Source: Bigelowiella natans CCMP2755 (Eukaryota > Protista > Cercozoa). From it: 64,000 nt of DNA. This document shows positions 1 to 13,120 of this stretch, in pieces; the first letter of the stretch is position 1; each line of letters opens with the position of its first letter. The position numbers and the translations under genes are program-made. A model generated the notes under the pieces. It searched no databases, was not told where the DNA came from, and saw only the letters and a program-made list of their open reading frames with translations. The DNA is taken from assembly GCA_000320545.1 (NCBI GenBank), contig ADNK01000503.1, positions 1 through 64,000 on the forward strand, read 5' to 3'.

Positions 1-129
1 ACGTGGAGAAGTAATCCACAGACAACGGAGGTAGGTCCTTGATGATGCAAGCCACGCGCCGTACATCTACTCACGCATATAAACAACGCAAAATGATGTT
101 TCACACCAATATACTCATGAGAAGGACGT

Positions 130-169
<40 letters not shown>

Positions 170-599
170 AACAACTCTCAAAAACACACTCACATACATC
201 AATGACCGACCACACATATTCTACAAAATATCTTGGAAAATAATTAATTATGTTTCCAATTGAATTGATTGGTGTACGAAGGCGGGGAACAGTATTGGCG
301 AATGTACAAGAATAAAACAGGGGGGGGGTCAATGGGAGCTGCACACGTGTCTTCGGACTCAGGAAATGGGTAGCAGCATTGCAATTACACACCTCATGAT
401 GCTGCCTCATGGTATATGTCCTTCCTATATTACCATCTTCGCTTTGTTCTTCTGCTCGATCTCTTTTTACCCCGTCGGTCTAACTTCGATTCCTTGAGTC
501 CGTGCACACATTTTCTCCCAACTGATGACGTACGTGCCAGCTATGTAGGAGCTGATGTGATGAAGAATCGAAAGTTGGTTTGGGGAGAGGTACAGCAGA

Positions 600-630
<31 letters not shown>

Positions 631-732
631 GTTTGTTACAAAAAAGATCCGCCTGTGATATACATCATATACCCATTATTTTTGTGCTTATTTCTAGATT
701 ATCATCATCATCATCATGATACTCTATACCAC

Positions 733-815
<83 letters not shown>

Positions 816-1591
816 ATATGTACATATAACAACTTACATTAACAAACTCGCTCGTAGAATGATAACGGATTAATGAGGAATGTCTTCGGACGTGCCACAA
901 TGCAAGGTTCTTTTACTATCAGAATATTGTATTTGATGATGATTTCGATGATTCCTTTGTCATCAATTGTTACCTCGTCATTCAAGCACCGCAAATAGTA
1001 TTATATCTGGTTCGTGCATACTTAAAAAAGCATTTGTTCTCCCTTCGCTTCAGTCAACCATGTGCAACATCATTCGTAATGGCCGCACTATCGTTTATCA
1101 TCGTTGTTTCTCTCTCCCCGCCTCTTTGGTACTTAGGAGGGAATTATGGAGACGAGATCTTAAATCCAGATCTGATGGTGCGCGAGTGGGAACCTACCAA
1201 CCCATCCGAACGTAATATGATATGGTGATGATGATGATGATGATGATCATGATGATGACGATGATGACGACGAAGACGACGAATCTACGTGGAAAAGCAT
1301 CATGATCATGATCATCATCATTTGTGAATAGGGAGGATGCGATGGATTGACAAATTCCTGGCTCGGAAGGAGAATAAAATATCCGAACAGGACGAGTAAG
1401 ATTAGGAGGGGGAGGGGGGGCAGCCTAAACCTGTCAAATTACATTATACGTCTTGGAGCTCAAGCACATTTTCCCTCCTCTATCTTCTATTCTGTCCGCA
1501 GTTGTATGAGCAGTTTGTGTAGTGTCAAGAATAGTTCTTAGAGGCACCATAGTAAGATTAAGGATGATACTTCCTGCATTGTGTTAGCTGC

Positions 1592-1626
<35 letters not shown>

Positions 1627-3918
1627 TCTCTCATATCCTTTCGATGCCGATGCATGTGTGTGCTTGGTGTGGGTAACAAACAACAGCCTTTTCCGTCGTT
1701 ACGAGGACAATGTTGGGCAGGTAGATGTTGTGATGTGAAATCATCGATCTTGATTTTCAAAGCCTGGATTTCTTCCGTACTCATTCATTTTTCATTTCAT
1801 ATTCCTCCTCCTCCTCCTCCTCCTCCTCCTCACCCTCCTCTTCCACGATATATGCTTTGTTGGGGTTATTACTGATTACTTGTTTGCTCTCCCAAAAACC
1901 ATTGAAAGTATCGAGCAGACGCATCTCACAGGTATGTAGGTAGGTAGGTAGGTAGGTAGGTAGTTTTAGTACAATGAGAACGAGCACGATGGTGACACAT
2001 GATGATCAACGGTACTGCCAAGAACATTCGCCGTTCCGCGTCTTTCTTGCTACTGAACATTGTCAGTGGCTCACGCGGGATTGCATGTGGTTGGTCATAT
2101 GTTGGTATCTATCCTCTCGGTGTAGCACCAACTATTCGTGGTTCTTAACCCAACCACAAATTGCTTGTTGCGAATGGTCAATCATATATCTGCATAGAAG
2201 CTGCTTTTCCTGAACGTAGTATTTGAATTGATCAGGGCACCTGTTCTCTCCCCGGCCTTGGTGAGGAAGATGGAGCGTGTGCGGCGAGAGCGCCGCGAGA
2301 AAGCAGAGGCAGAGAACCGCGTGGTAGTGCACCGTTTTCTGTAATTTCGAAATATTGCAAAACGCCAATGATAAAAAGCAATCAATGAAACGATGCGTTC
2401 TACTGATGCCGCTGCTGCTGGGGAACCGGCTATTTATTCGGCAGTTCTCGTCTCATCGTCTTCTTCTTCTTCTTCTTCTTCTTCTTCTTCTTCTTCTTCC
2501 ATATAATGTGGTCAGGACGAGGAGGACATCGCAGAGATTATGAAACCTGGAGCTGGGGCTGTGACGAGCGACATCCGACAGCGTCAAGGTGGTAGTGTAC
2601 TACTACTACTACTACTTTTACTATAACGTCTACTACTATAGTTGTTGTAGCAGTTGTTGTAATAGTAGTAATTTTGGCAGTTATAGTATATTTGGTCGAT
2701 ATATCAATGACCAGAGGGATATAGAAGCAAACACGTATGATTCTTGCTGCGAGTGTATATGCTAACACATCGAAAATGTACTACTGCATTCGCTCTCCTC
2801 AGTATCCTCTTCCCCCCCTGCGCCCTCTCTCCGTGCCTCTGCGCGCGCGCATGTATGCGATGAATCTTATTATCTCACTCTCCACAGATGGAGCAGCTAT
2901 GGGACAGGACGCGGAAGTACGTACATGATTGGCGGATGATATAACATGATTGATGACCTATGATGGGCGGCACTGCGTTTATGTTGTGTTTGATGTATGT
3001 CGTGTGAATAAGCGGTAGCTACGATTCGGAGTGACCGCGGCACACAAAGTCTCTAATGTTGTGGAAGTATCAGCCTTCTTGGTGATGTGGTGTGCAGGTT
3101 GCAGATGAAGAGGACGAATTGGAGAATGAAGCACAACGAGAAATGCGAGAATTTGAGGCAATAATCTCTCACCTTTGCTTTTCCTTCGACTCTATTCTTT
3201 ATTTTCTTGTGATGTACTTACATCATTACTCGATGATGGCAGGAAACGGTTCCTGCGAGTGTACGAAGAGCCGTCGAGAAGGTCAATAGTTGGAAGGAAT
3301 ACACCATTGTTTTACGAGTTAACATACGTTTGGTTCCATCATAATACGGCTATCAGGACTTTGGAAAAGATCCGATGCATTTCAAGCGGGGGATGTCGCA
3401 GATTGAAAGGGTTCTCAATATCTAGAGAGCGAGATTACTCATGGATGTATAAGCGTGTATAATCGCGCTTGTTTAATAAACGTGTCATCACACACAATAT
3501 AGACCAAGTTCAATCTGGAAAATGATCCGGATAGAGAGATTCCATACGATCTTGACCAGTATAGAGCACGGCTAAAACAGGTCGGTCATCGCCTAAATGC
3601 TCTTAACTGCTATTACTTCTCGTTAATATATGTGATGCATTAGTGACAATGCCTCCCCCACCCCCCTCTCTCTTTTTTTGTCTCTCATTTTGCCATGTTC
3701 TCGTCCGGTTTCTTGCAGGAACGAATTCAAAAGGAAGTGATGATGGATGATGATGACTTCAGTGTTCCGAAAAGTCCAGCTGGTGCGTGTTTTTATCGCA
3801 ATCTCTCTCTATCCCTCTCTCTGTCTGTGTACCAGTACTGTTTTGGTTGATCAATTCCAGTCTCCATTCTCGAAATAGTATTTCTACAAGACAGGTGTTG
3901 TAAATTGATATTACTACA

Positions 3919-3953
<35 letters not shown>

Positions 3954-4012
3954 ATACAGATGACCCTATAGAATTCGCACGGCAAAGGAGAAAGAGGTTA
4001 CGAGGAGACTGA
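1..4012 (+). CDS. Multi-exon hypothetical protein, 5' end outside the window
   Basis: About 20 short AG/GT-bounded exons between microsatellite introns, e.g. GADVMKNRKLVWGE, GGNYGDEILNPDLMVREWEPTNPSE, GTAKNIRRSASFLLLNI, VADEEDELENEAQREMREFE. The last exon DPIEFARQRRKRLRGD* ends at 4012. No family recognised. Confidence 0.6.
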
Positions 4013-4369
4013 AATGTTCAGGACGACGTTTATGCTGTCCAATAGTTGAGGCACATGTGCGACCAACATTATGTTTTGGACAATATTCAATCAATCAATT
4101 TTGTGCTCGCAATATACTTCCTTCACGTACTGTAAACGAGACATCCAACTGCTGCAGATAGATGTGTGCCAACACAAGTGTACATACTGCAATACGTGCG
4201 AGCTATCGCTACTAGCTTGTTAGGGAGAGATATGACAATCTAGCAATACCTAGCCATATAGCCAGGGCGTGCATGCTAACATGAGCTGTTGTCTATACGC
4301 TGATCGCGCACCGCCACATGCCATGCCGAAGTAAAATAATTGTTGTTAGCATGCTAGCATGTACAGTAC

Positions 4370-4443
4370 GAGACGGATGTTCTGAAACTAATTAAAACTT
4401 TTCAATGCATGTACAGTATGTATGTATATTAGCAATGGTCTCC
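4370..4443 (-). repeat. Degenerate, interrupted copy of the spacer repeat
   Basis: GAGACGGATGTTCTGAAACTAATTAAAACTTTTCAATG ...insertion... CAATGGTCTCC. Confidence 0.6.
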
Positions 4444-4590
4444 GCAAGAATTACGGTGTCTATCATTAATTTACCAAAATAGTGCGAACGTGTAACTGCG
4501 CACACGCATGCAGTCAAGATCAATCTATAATAATTCAAAACAAATTGAATTATTTGAATCGTAACTTCGTCTCCGGCTTTGGATGAGTCA

Positions 4591-5948
4591 TTACTTCTTG
4601 AGGAAGTCTATCGCTCTAGCTAAATATTTATCGTATTCAGTAGCTTCGTCTCTGATCCTGTGGAAAATTTTTTCCATCAGTTGACAGCGATGTTGCAATT
4701 TTTTGTTAAAAAATATTACCTGTAATCTATGATGTGATGAATTAAATCCTGATCAAGTCCCCGATCAACAAGGAAATCCACAATGTTATCCATAGTCTCC
4801 TGGAATTGTGTCAGTGAAGATGTAGATTTTCATCCAAGAATATGTTTCACACCTCATTAAGCAATGATCGAGGAATCTCAACGTATCTATCTTCTTCCTC
4901 CTTTGCCGTTCCTTCGTTCGCGGGCGTAACAGCGATGCCAAATACATCAACATCTTGTTTCACTCCAAGACAATTGAACATCAAAGTCCTATACGGAACA
5001 AAATTAATGAAAAAGTGGACATATGAACTGTTACGTATTCACTCTTGTTTCCATGCGCAGAATGTGAAGACTCTAGTCTTTTATATCATAAGAAGATATA
5101 TTATTGCATTTTTGCTTATACATGTGAACACTACGTTGGATAATAGATGGTAAATGTAGCCATAAATGTGTTTCAATTCTAACTTTGGATGCCCTTCTTT
5201 TGTGATGGTAATGTCGAACTGAAACTCCTGATCTTCAATCATGCTGACATCCATATCTTCATCATCCTCTTCTACTTGTTCCACCTCTTGGCTGTATTTC
5301 AATTTTAGTTAAGATATGCAAGCAAATAGGCAGAAAATATAATTGTACTCCTGCTTCTGAGATTTCTCGAGCTCGTCTGGAGGTATCAAGCTATCCTAGA
5401 AGGAATTCAAACCAATATCACCAAAGATGGATGAAATGTAAATTATATGGCCCACTACCCATGGGCTGAAGTTTGTTCGAATAGTAACTATTTCTTTGTC
5501 AATTTGATCAACACGCCGAAGTATCAACTCATTGGTGCCATCAACCCGTGCTGCAAAACCACACGTGATTCAAATTTTACAGACACCACAGGCACAAGAA
5601 TTCCTGGACGAATCCACGGGTATTATTACATGTGAGAAAATCATTGCAGTAAGATGGAAGGTCAATGGGCGGAATTCGTTCTTTTTCCATGCTCCGTAGT
5701 TCTTCAAATTGGAACACCAGACGATCGACGCAACCCCCCTGATTGGATCATTTATCCGAAGACATTGATTGATGCCAAGTAATGGGTTGTTTCAACTGAG
5801 TGCTTACTTTTCTCTCTCCACCTCTGCTTTTTGATGTGAAAAACCGCAACACATTCAGATCTGAGAAACGAGGCATCGGCGCTGGCGCGCAAAGCCGCGT
5901 GGTCGCTCGCAGCAGTGGGCTTGGCCCACGCAGGGTGGTGGGTAACAT
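4591..5948 (-). CDS. Mitochondrial acidic glycoprotein, MAM33/p32 (C1QBP)-like
   Basis: Arg-rich, acid-poor presequence MLPTTLRGPSPLLRATTRLCAP. Acidic exons follow: EEDDEDMDVSMIEDQEFQFDITITKEG, TLMFNCLG, ETMDNIVDFLVDRGLDQDLIHHIIDY, EATEYDKYLARAIDFLKK*. This matches the MAM33 C-terminal pattern (FLxxRGID...E..EY..L..FL). Confidence 0.7.
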
Positions 5949-6657
5949 GTGCCACTCTATTTCTGGCGATTATTCACCGGATAGAAACCTAAAAAGTACT
6001 TAGCTCAATGTTCTCTATTTCAGGCAAATGTTCACCCTACAGAAACCTAATAAATGTTGGTCTGTTACTATTGTGATGTGTTATGTTGTAGGAGTGTTGG
6101 GCCACTATTCTTATTTCGGTCTATTTTATATTGATATAATATGCTGTGATATCTTGCTGTTTTCCGGTTTCGAATAAGCACATAATTCGGGTGAAAACAT
6201 TGTCGCATCTTTGTAAGGCATTCTACTTAATCTCTTTTTTGCTGTTTTTGTTTACGCTACGGAGTTATTTCGTTATTATTTCATTCCGGGCTTTATCATT
6301 ACCCGGGCTTAATTTTTACCCGAACAATATTCAGGTAAAAATTTTACCCCAAACTCAATCACAAGCCATTTTGGGTCATCTTCAAAAATTATGAACAAAT
6401 TTTTGTCAAAATGCCCTCCACGTTCTTCTCGACACACTCGGCCGGGCATAATTTAACCAGTGGAGACTATTAAGATCCGCTCATTGCGTATTTAGGCATT
6501 TTTAACCAGATGGAGGCAGGCTTCGGATTTGAGACATCGAGGATTCATTGTCGCTGCAGATAATTTCAATTGGCATCTCCACTGATAATTTTTGTTGCTC
6601 AGTTTATGAATTCGCATCGTGTTCACATTTCACGTCGAGTTCACGTTGGGCACAAGG

Positions 6658-7554
6658 ATGTATGCTGCGATCATGCTGCAATGCAATCTCAACCCTCCAC
6701 AATTGCTACTCTCAGAAGCTACAACTCACGGTCGTCTGGGGTCTCAGTTGCCTGCATTGGGCAGCAACCACCTGTATAGTTTTAGTGAAGGTGCTGGCTT
6801 AGCAGCGACCTGTTCGGGGGATTTTGGTTCTGTTGGAAGCAATTTTGATTCTCCTCGACAACATGCCACAGTCCCCCCGACAATTTTAGCTTGGAGTAGG
6901 TCTGGGAACACCATGGGCCGTTTGACTGACGTGCTGAACGACCCAGATTTCCGATTTTGCAGTCCAAATTTCCCACCGTCCTCCCTGAAAGTGGAAAAGA
7001 ATCAAAAGAAGCCTAGCCCATACAAGAATGGCGAAAATCATCGCAAGCATTACATGCTCTCTTCTGAATATCCCAAAAATTTGGCACAACCAGAACAGCG
7101 GGCGTCTCGTTCTTCATCGTCTACAGCGAATCAGGAGCAGGAATCAGGCGGCGTCAACCTCCCTGCAGCAGATGGCCAAGATACAGGAAAAAAGGAGTCA
7201 AAAGGGCTACAATCAGTCGTTCAAAATAATCATTCTACTCGAAATACTGTTATTCGTGGTGTGGAAAAAGATGAGAAAGATGATGCGATGGGAATGGATA
7301 ACAGAACATTGCCCGTTTTGGAGAGAAAAGTGAAGAGGAGAAAGAGGGCACGTGAGTCGTGTGGTCACTGTGTCCTGAAAAAAAGGAAATGTGAGGGTGG
7401 GTTTCCTTGCAAAAGGTGCAAAAAATACAATATTCCCCACCTTTGCAACAAGAAAGTCTTCGTCCCTCCATCGCACTGCACGTTGACACCAGGATGTACC
7501 AGAACAGATGGCTTTTCTCATGGAGGCCAGTGCAAGAGACAAAGAAGGCAATGA
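6658..7554 (+). CDS. Zn(II)2Cys6 (GAL4-type) binuclear-cluster transcription factor
   Basis: ORF 6619-7554, first ATG at 6658. Contains KRRKRARES-CGHCVLKKRKCEGGFPCKRCKKYNIPHLC (C-x2-C-x6-C-x5-C-x2-C-x8-C). Start codon uncertain. Confidence 0.8.
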   Translation: MYAAIMLQCNLNPPQLLLSEATTHGRLGSQLPALGSNHLYSFSEGAGLAATCSGDFGSVGSNFDSPRQHATVPPTILAWSRSGNTMGRLTDVLNDPDFRFCSPNFPPSSLKVEKNQKKPSPYKNGENHRKHYMLSSEYPKNLAQPEQRASRSSSSTANQEQESGGVNLPAADGQDTGKKESKGLQSVVQNNHSTRNTVIRGVEKDEKDDAMGMDNRTLPVLERKVKRRKRARESCGHCVLKKRKCEGGFPCKRCKKYNIPHLCNKKVFVPPSHCTLTPGCTRTDGFSHGGQCKRQRRQ

Positions 7555-8173
7555 GCTAATGATTGAATCAATGGACCCTGCACCATGCAAAACATGCACT
7601 ACACTATTGGTTGTCAAATGTTGACATCACCTAAACAAGGGTGGATATATTGAACTGAAACCAGTCGAAGATTTCTCATTGGGACAGTGACAAAAGCTGA
7701 ACATGATGCAGAACGTTCAGTGTGGCCGGAGCCGATGCACAGAAACTGTGCCTATAGGGCGTGTAAACGAATGTTGACGCCACATGGCATGCACTGGCAT
7801 ATGAATCTGTGGATCAAAAAAGAGAAATGGTAGAAAATGTGAAAAATGTGGATTGATTGAAAAGAGTAAATTAGAAGAGATGATATTTAAATTTTGTTAA
7901 GAAAGAGTCTACAACAGCTATTACTTGATTGTGATGGATGAGTTTGGCGCACCTGAAGCGCAATCACAACCGTAATGCATGGATCACTAGGTTACTCCTT
8001 GAGAGTCGACTCCTCCTTGCATGACAGCAATGCATGTGTCTGTCTGCGACATTCTGCGACATTGTGTTGTGTCGCTCTGTCTTTGCAGCTCGATTCGCAG
8101 CTATGCACAAGCTTTTTGGTTAGTCCATGCGTCTTTGATGTGCATGTTAGAGACACGTATACACTTTATGTAC

Positions 8174-8230
8174 ATGAGACGGATGTAATGAAATGTTTAA
8201 ATTTTTTCAATGGTCATCCTAATTTATGTA
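8174..8230 (-). repeat. Dispersed ~55-100 bp spacer repeat (GGATG...CATCCGTCTCA family)
   Basis: Reverse complement TACATAAATTAGGATGACCATTGAAAAAATTTAAACATTTCATTACATCCGTCTCAT is closely similar to 43513-43567. Confidence 0.8.
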
Positions 8231-8664
8231 TATACTTTGTCTCTTACGCACAGATTGTTGCACATGTGTGTCAGCACCCTTTGTGTATTACAACGGTTCA
8301 GTGACTGGCTGAAGCTGTATTGCGATCGGCACAGATTTGTTAGCATGCTAGCATGTGTGCATGCGAATTCACATCACATGATGAGACCATCATTCAATAT
8401 TGGTTTCATCCATTATTGCATGCATCGATCGGTGCGCACTACGATGCAGCCATTATCTTTTCGCCGCTTGTGCGAGTGGCACGTTGCTACAAACACAGGG
8501 CAACAACATTCACTCATGAGCATTCAATTGCGTGCGTGCAAGTATGGCTATTCTAATACCAGACTATATGCTAGACACTACACACAAGTACTTGTATGTG
8601 TGCTGCGTGCACATGCACATGCTGTGAAAAGTTATCTACCAGAGCAAAGTATATTGGCTATGTG

Positions 8665-10988
8665 TTACGACAAGGGCGTGGTGCATTGCAGTATTGTACC
8701 CTGCGGAATTCTGTTTCCATTCAAGAATATCTTTGCTTCCATTGGTTTCTTCCCCTGTTTCTGAACAATCAAAGGACGTAGGCAGTTTCCATCTCCACAC
8801 ACTATCGTTAGCTTGTCGTCGACCACTGTCCCAATCTCTACATCCTTAGCTGGGTCCCCAGCAACAACTTCCGCTCTTAACACCTAGAAGCGCCATTTCT
8901 TAGGAATACTGGAGATTCTCTTGATGAAGTAATTACGAATGAAATTTGAGGGAGTTACGAGAGAAATAACCTTAAACAATTCCCCATTTAGCTCAAAAAA
9001 GGCACAAGGCACCGGCGAAAGTCCGTGAACGAGATTGCGCAGCTCCTTAGCGCCCTTCCTGCTCGTATGAGAATGGAATTAAAATTTATAGAACCGGCCC
9101 TTTGACGACACAGGACTCTTGGACGAAAATCAAGGAAACGCGGGCTATGACATAAAATAACTATAGAACTTATCAGGATTGGCATACGCGAAGTCAAGCT
9201 TTCCATCTTGTTTATTGATCTTCGCCGCATGTGTTGCAGCGCTCTCAGGACTCTGAATCTCAGGAACCACGCTTTCGATACTGAGGGAAGTAATTTACTT
9301 TCTTAGATTGTGAAATTATATCCATAGCACGAGGGAATTTGAAAACAAAGTCAGAATTGCAACACAGAAGAGTTATAAAGTCAAAAATGAACTTAATACT
9401 TGTCGATGACTTCAAGGAGCATATCCGCTCTGTAAATTAAAGCTATTATCAGTCAATATATTTACACATGTGCATATTTTATGTAGAATATGCAAGATTG
9501 ATTGAGAGCTGTATCTTACCCAATTTCCTTCATGGTATCATGAAGTTCACCGCACGTGATGGTAGAATTTAGAGGGTAGACCTGTTGTTCAATTATTGCT
9601 TAAGTGCGAATAGCACAAATATTGTGGCACGTTCTTCACACAATCAATATCAGTAGCTAGCACAAACCTGCTTTTTCAATATAGGCCCAGTGTCCATACC
9701 CTCATCCAGTTGCATAATGCAAACACCTGCCCAAGCATGATAGCGATGGAGGAGTGAGGAATAAGTGAAACTTTGCCCGTTGGCTTATCACCAAAAGGGG
9801 TGACGGTAGACAAGGAAATTGTATTCAGGCACGAACCCGTTTCCTTATCACCGGCCATAATAGCGTGTGGGAGTGGTGCGGCGCCTCTCCAACGAGGTAG
9901 GAGAGAGGGATGAATGTTGAGGCACCCTAAGGAAGGGTTGATGCAAACATAATTATCACAAACGCTCATATAATATTAGAAGTACAAGTTTCAGATTATC
10001 CGTACCGTATTTAGTTGCTTCTAGAATTGGTTTCGGTAGAAGAAGACCATAGGCTGTGACCTGGTATGATGGTAGCATAATTCTTTCAAAATGGCTACGA
10101 CCTTACTTGCAGCGGGTGTAGATTCATATTCCTAGACCCAATGTCATAGATTTGTTCCTACCACAGCAAGATCCGCTGGGATTTCCTTAAATTCCTCCTG
10201 GTTTGCAGCCTTTCGGAGCGATTTCGGGGTGTATACTGGGATATCATGCTCCAAAGCAGTTCTGCCAAAAGAGATAATCTCACTTTTTGTTAAGCTGTGA
10301 TGACGGTAGTCCCTATGACTGTGTCTGTAACTTACTCGTGCACAGGAGATTTGCGAAGCTTACGCCCTCGTCCTGCCGGTCTTGGTGGCTGTGTGTACAC
10401 AGCTACTACCTATATATTTTAGATTAGAATGTTGAAAATTAGATTACATACAGCTACTATATATGTACAATGTTGTATTGTGCGACATGAATCTAACTAC
10501 TCGTAGATGGCACCACGTATTCTCATGATGTCAGTTACTCACTTCATGATTGGAATCAATTAGACGCTTGAGTGCAGGAACTGCGAACTCTGGAGTACCC
10601 ATGAAGATGACTTTGCGAGAAGGCGCGTTGGCGTTTTCGCTGTGCACGAAAGTAAACGCTCTAGAAAGTGAATTTCGCGAAGGGACGGCTGCGAGCTTCG
10701 TCAAGAAACGTGGTACCGAGCGAAGGCCCTAAAATTTCAGCGTTATCTCTGCATTAATCAACGGATTAACTGGGTAGTTGCTACCGTAAATGCTCGGAGA
10801 CTAGGAAAGCCTGTGGACAGTCGCATAGTTGCTGGGTTGGATTGAGGAGTGCTGAGTAGACTCCTTCCAAGCGTCAGGGTTCCAAGCAGAAGTGTTGCCA
10901 GTATTGCAGCTGCGTTCAATCTCACACGGTCCAGGCGGGGTCGTCGACGTTGAGGATGGGCCAATATTGGACCTGGGCAGGACGCCAT
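8665..10988 (-). CDS. fmt: Methionyl-tRNA formyltransferase, organelle-targeted
   Basis: Exons [88 protein letters not shown], and C-terminal [17 protein letters not shown]. Long N-terminal targeting extension. Confidence 0.93.
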
Positions 10989-11740
10989 AAGGGTGGGGTA
11001 CTGCTTGACCTGACGACGTGTGGCTGTCTGGCTGTGGTTTTCATTGAGAGTAGTTTTCAGCACCAGACTCTTTTCGTACGATGTTTCAGGGTAAGCAGGT
11101 ATTTTCCAGGATTTCACCCTGGTTTTCGTCTAACGACATGTCTGATGATGAGAATCATGGTCATATTCTGAGAAGGTGGGTACGTCCATGCTCTAAACAC
11201 TTGTTCTTTCCGTGAGTCACATTATTTTTGGGTGAAACTACCTAAGATATAGAGTGGAGGGTACTTGCGACATCGATGCTCTCTGACTGCGAAGAAGAGC
11301 ATCGGTGGGAAACACGTGTCATTTTTATTATATCTACAGTACAAAAGACCAATTTGAGAGAAATTCGCGCAATGGTTCGGAACAGAAGAAGGAGATGGAA
11401 GAAAGTCTGCTCTCCTCGCACCTCCCTCCCGTTCAAAACTGAACAATCTAATGAGCCTTGGCCTCACCAACCATAAAAGAAAAATCATGAAAGGAAACAA
11501 AGACAACGAGACGAAACCGAAGGTGCCATGTTGTATTGAAACGAGTAGAAACCACGAAACTACAAAACTACAATACAAAACTACAAAACCACAAAACCAC
11601 GTCGTGTACGGCAGACTTTACCCTTGTTCCTCACAAAGAGAGCTTGTGAGAGGCGGTGAGGTAGATTCACGCTGGGATATTTGATAGCTAGTATTAGGTC
11701 GGGAAAATGCCATTCTTTTCACACATGCTAACCCATACAG

Positions 11741-13120
11741 AAGGCAAAGACCGGGAAGTTCGGCAAGTTTCTTGCTGCGAACACTGTGCTGGACCTCCTC
11801 AAGGAACGAAAGGAAACGAAGGAGATTATCACACTCCAGCATAATGTTACTGTGGAACGAGCTCTCAAGACCCTGAACCAAAACAAGATTACCAGCGCCC
11901 CAGTGGTCCTTGCCGCCTCTGTTCTTGACAACGACGCAAACGATTTCATGGGTATTATTGATGCTGGAGAAATATTGAGAAAGCTTTGTCGGGGTAATTC
12001 ATCTAAACAAGCTGAAATTTACAAAACAAAAGATTTAAGTTGTATTGGTTCATAGAAACTAGACTCTTGGAGGAGATTCAAAAGATTCAAGAACAAAAAC
12101 TCAATGTCGATGAAAAGATCGAGGACTGCGAAAGGGCATTTGAGACTTCTTGCAGGGAGTTTTGGCAACGGAAGCTTATCCAAGTGTGTGGACAGGATGT
12201 GACCTTACTTCCTACTGTTTTCGCGGACACAGACCTAAAAGTAGAGATTATAACCGTTTCTTAATGTGAAGTTGCTCATAGGATTTTACCTTTCTTTCAG
12301 ACTCTAATTTCACAAATGCTATTCGACAAATCTGGAAACCCCATCCATCGTGTAGCTCTTCTTAACCAAGCCGAAGTACAAGCGCTTGTCACTCAATCTG
12401 ATGTGCTAAAGTTCCTTCATCAACACAAAAGCGAAATAGGAGGAATCCTGAAGGAGAAAATCGAAGATCTAGGTATTTGTACTCCTCCCAAGGATAAGCG
12501 CACATAGTTGAGACATATAATTTACTTAAGGACTATACAATCCGAAGAAAGGAGTAGTAACAGTAACGAGTGATACCATCGCTATGGAGGCATTCCATGA
12601 AATGTTTCAGAAGAATCTCAGCTGCCTAGGTATTATCTTGTTGCTTTGCGATTGATATACGTAACCAACATCATAAATGTGATTTAAGGAATTGTAGACG
12701 AAAATGGTACCATGCTCGGCAATCTCAGTGTCTCAGATTTGAGGGTAGATTCCACGTTTTTTAATAAAATATACACTACGAAAGAAATCAAAAAACATAT
12801 TTTTCTAGCTGTAGATTTTTCATTACTTTTTTATGAAATCCTTGTAGGGACTTACTGTGGATAGATTTTCCTCTTTATCACATTGCGTGACCGAGTTTCT
12901 GAAGATTTCCAAAGCACTCTCGCGATCGTTCGCAACCGTTCTCAATGCACAGCTCAACGATCTTCGAACACTCGCTGTGAATCCAGGATCCACGTTTGAG
13001 GAACTTCTTGACCTCATAACCAAAAATCGAGTGCATCGAGCGTATGTTGTGGACGAAAATTGTAAGCCCCTCGGGGTGATTACTTTGTCAGATGTTTTAT
13101 TAATGCTGTTAAAAGCTTAG
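11741..13120 (+). CDS. Four-CBS-domain protein (AMPK-gamma/SNF4/SDS23-like); first exon not located
   Basis: Exons TVERALKTLNQNKITSAPVV...FMGIIDAGEIL, IHRVALLNQ...LVTQSDVLKFL, IVDENGTMLGNLSVSDLR, RVHRAYVVDENCKPLGVITLSDVL. All are typical CBS repeats. Confidence 0.85.

Noticed and set aside
7975-8764. ORFs of 109 and 184 aa in the convergent spacer
   Set aside because: Their Cys/His/Met-rich composition comes from purine-pyrimidine-alternating spacer DNA, they overlap the dispersed repeat, and they have no recognisable domain.
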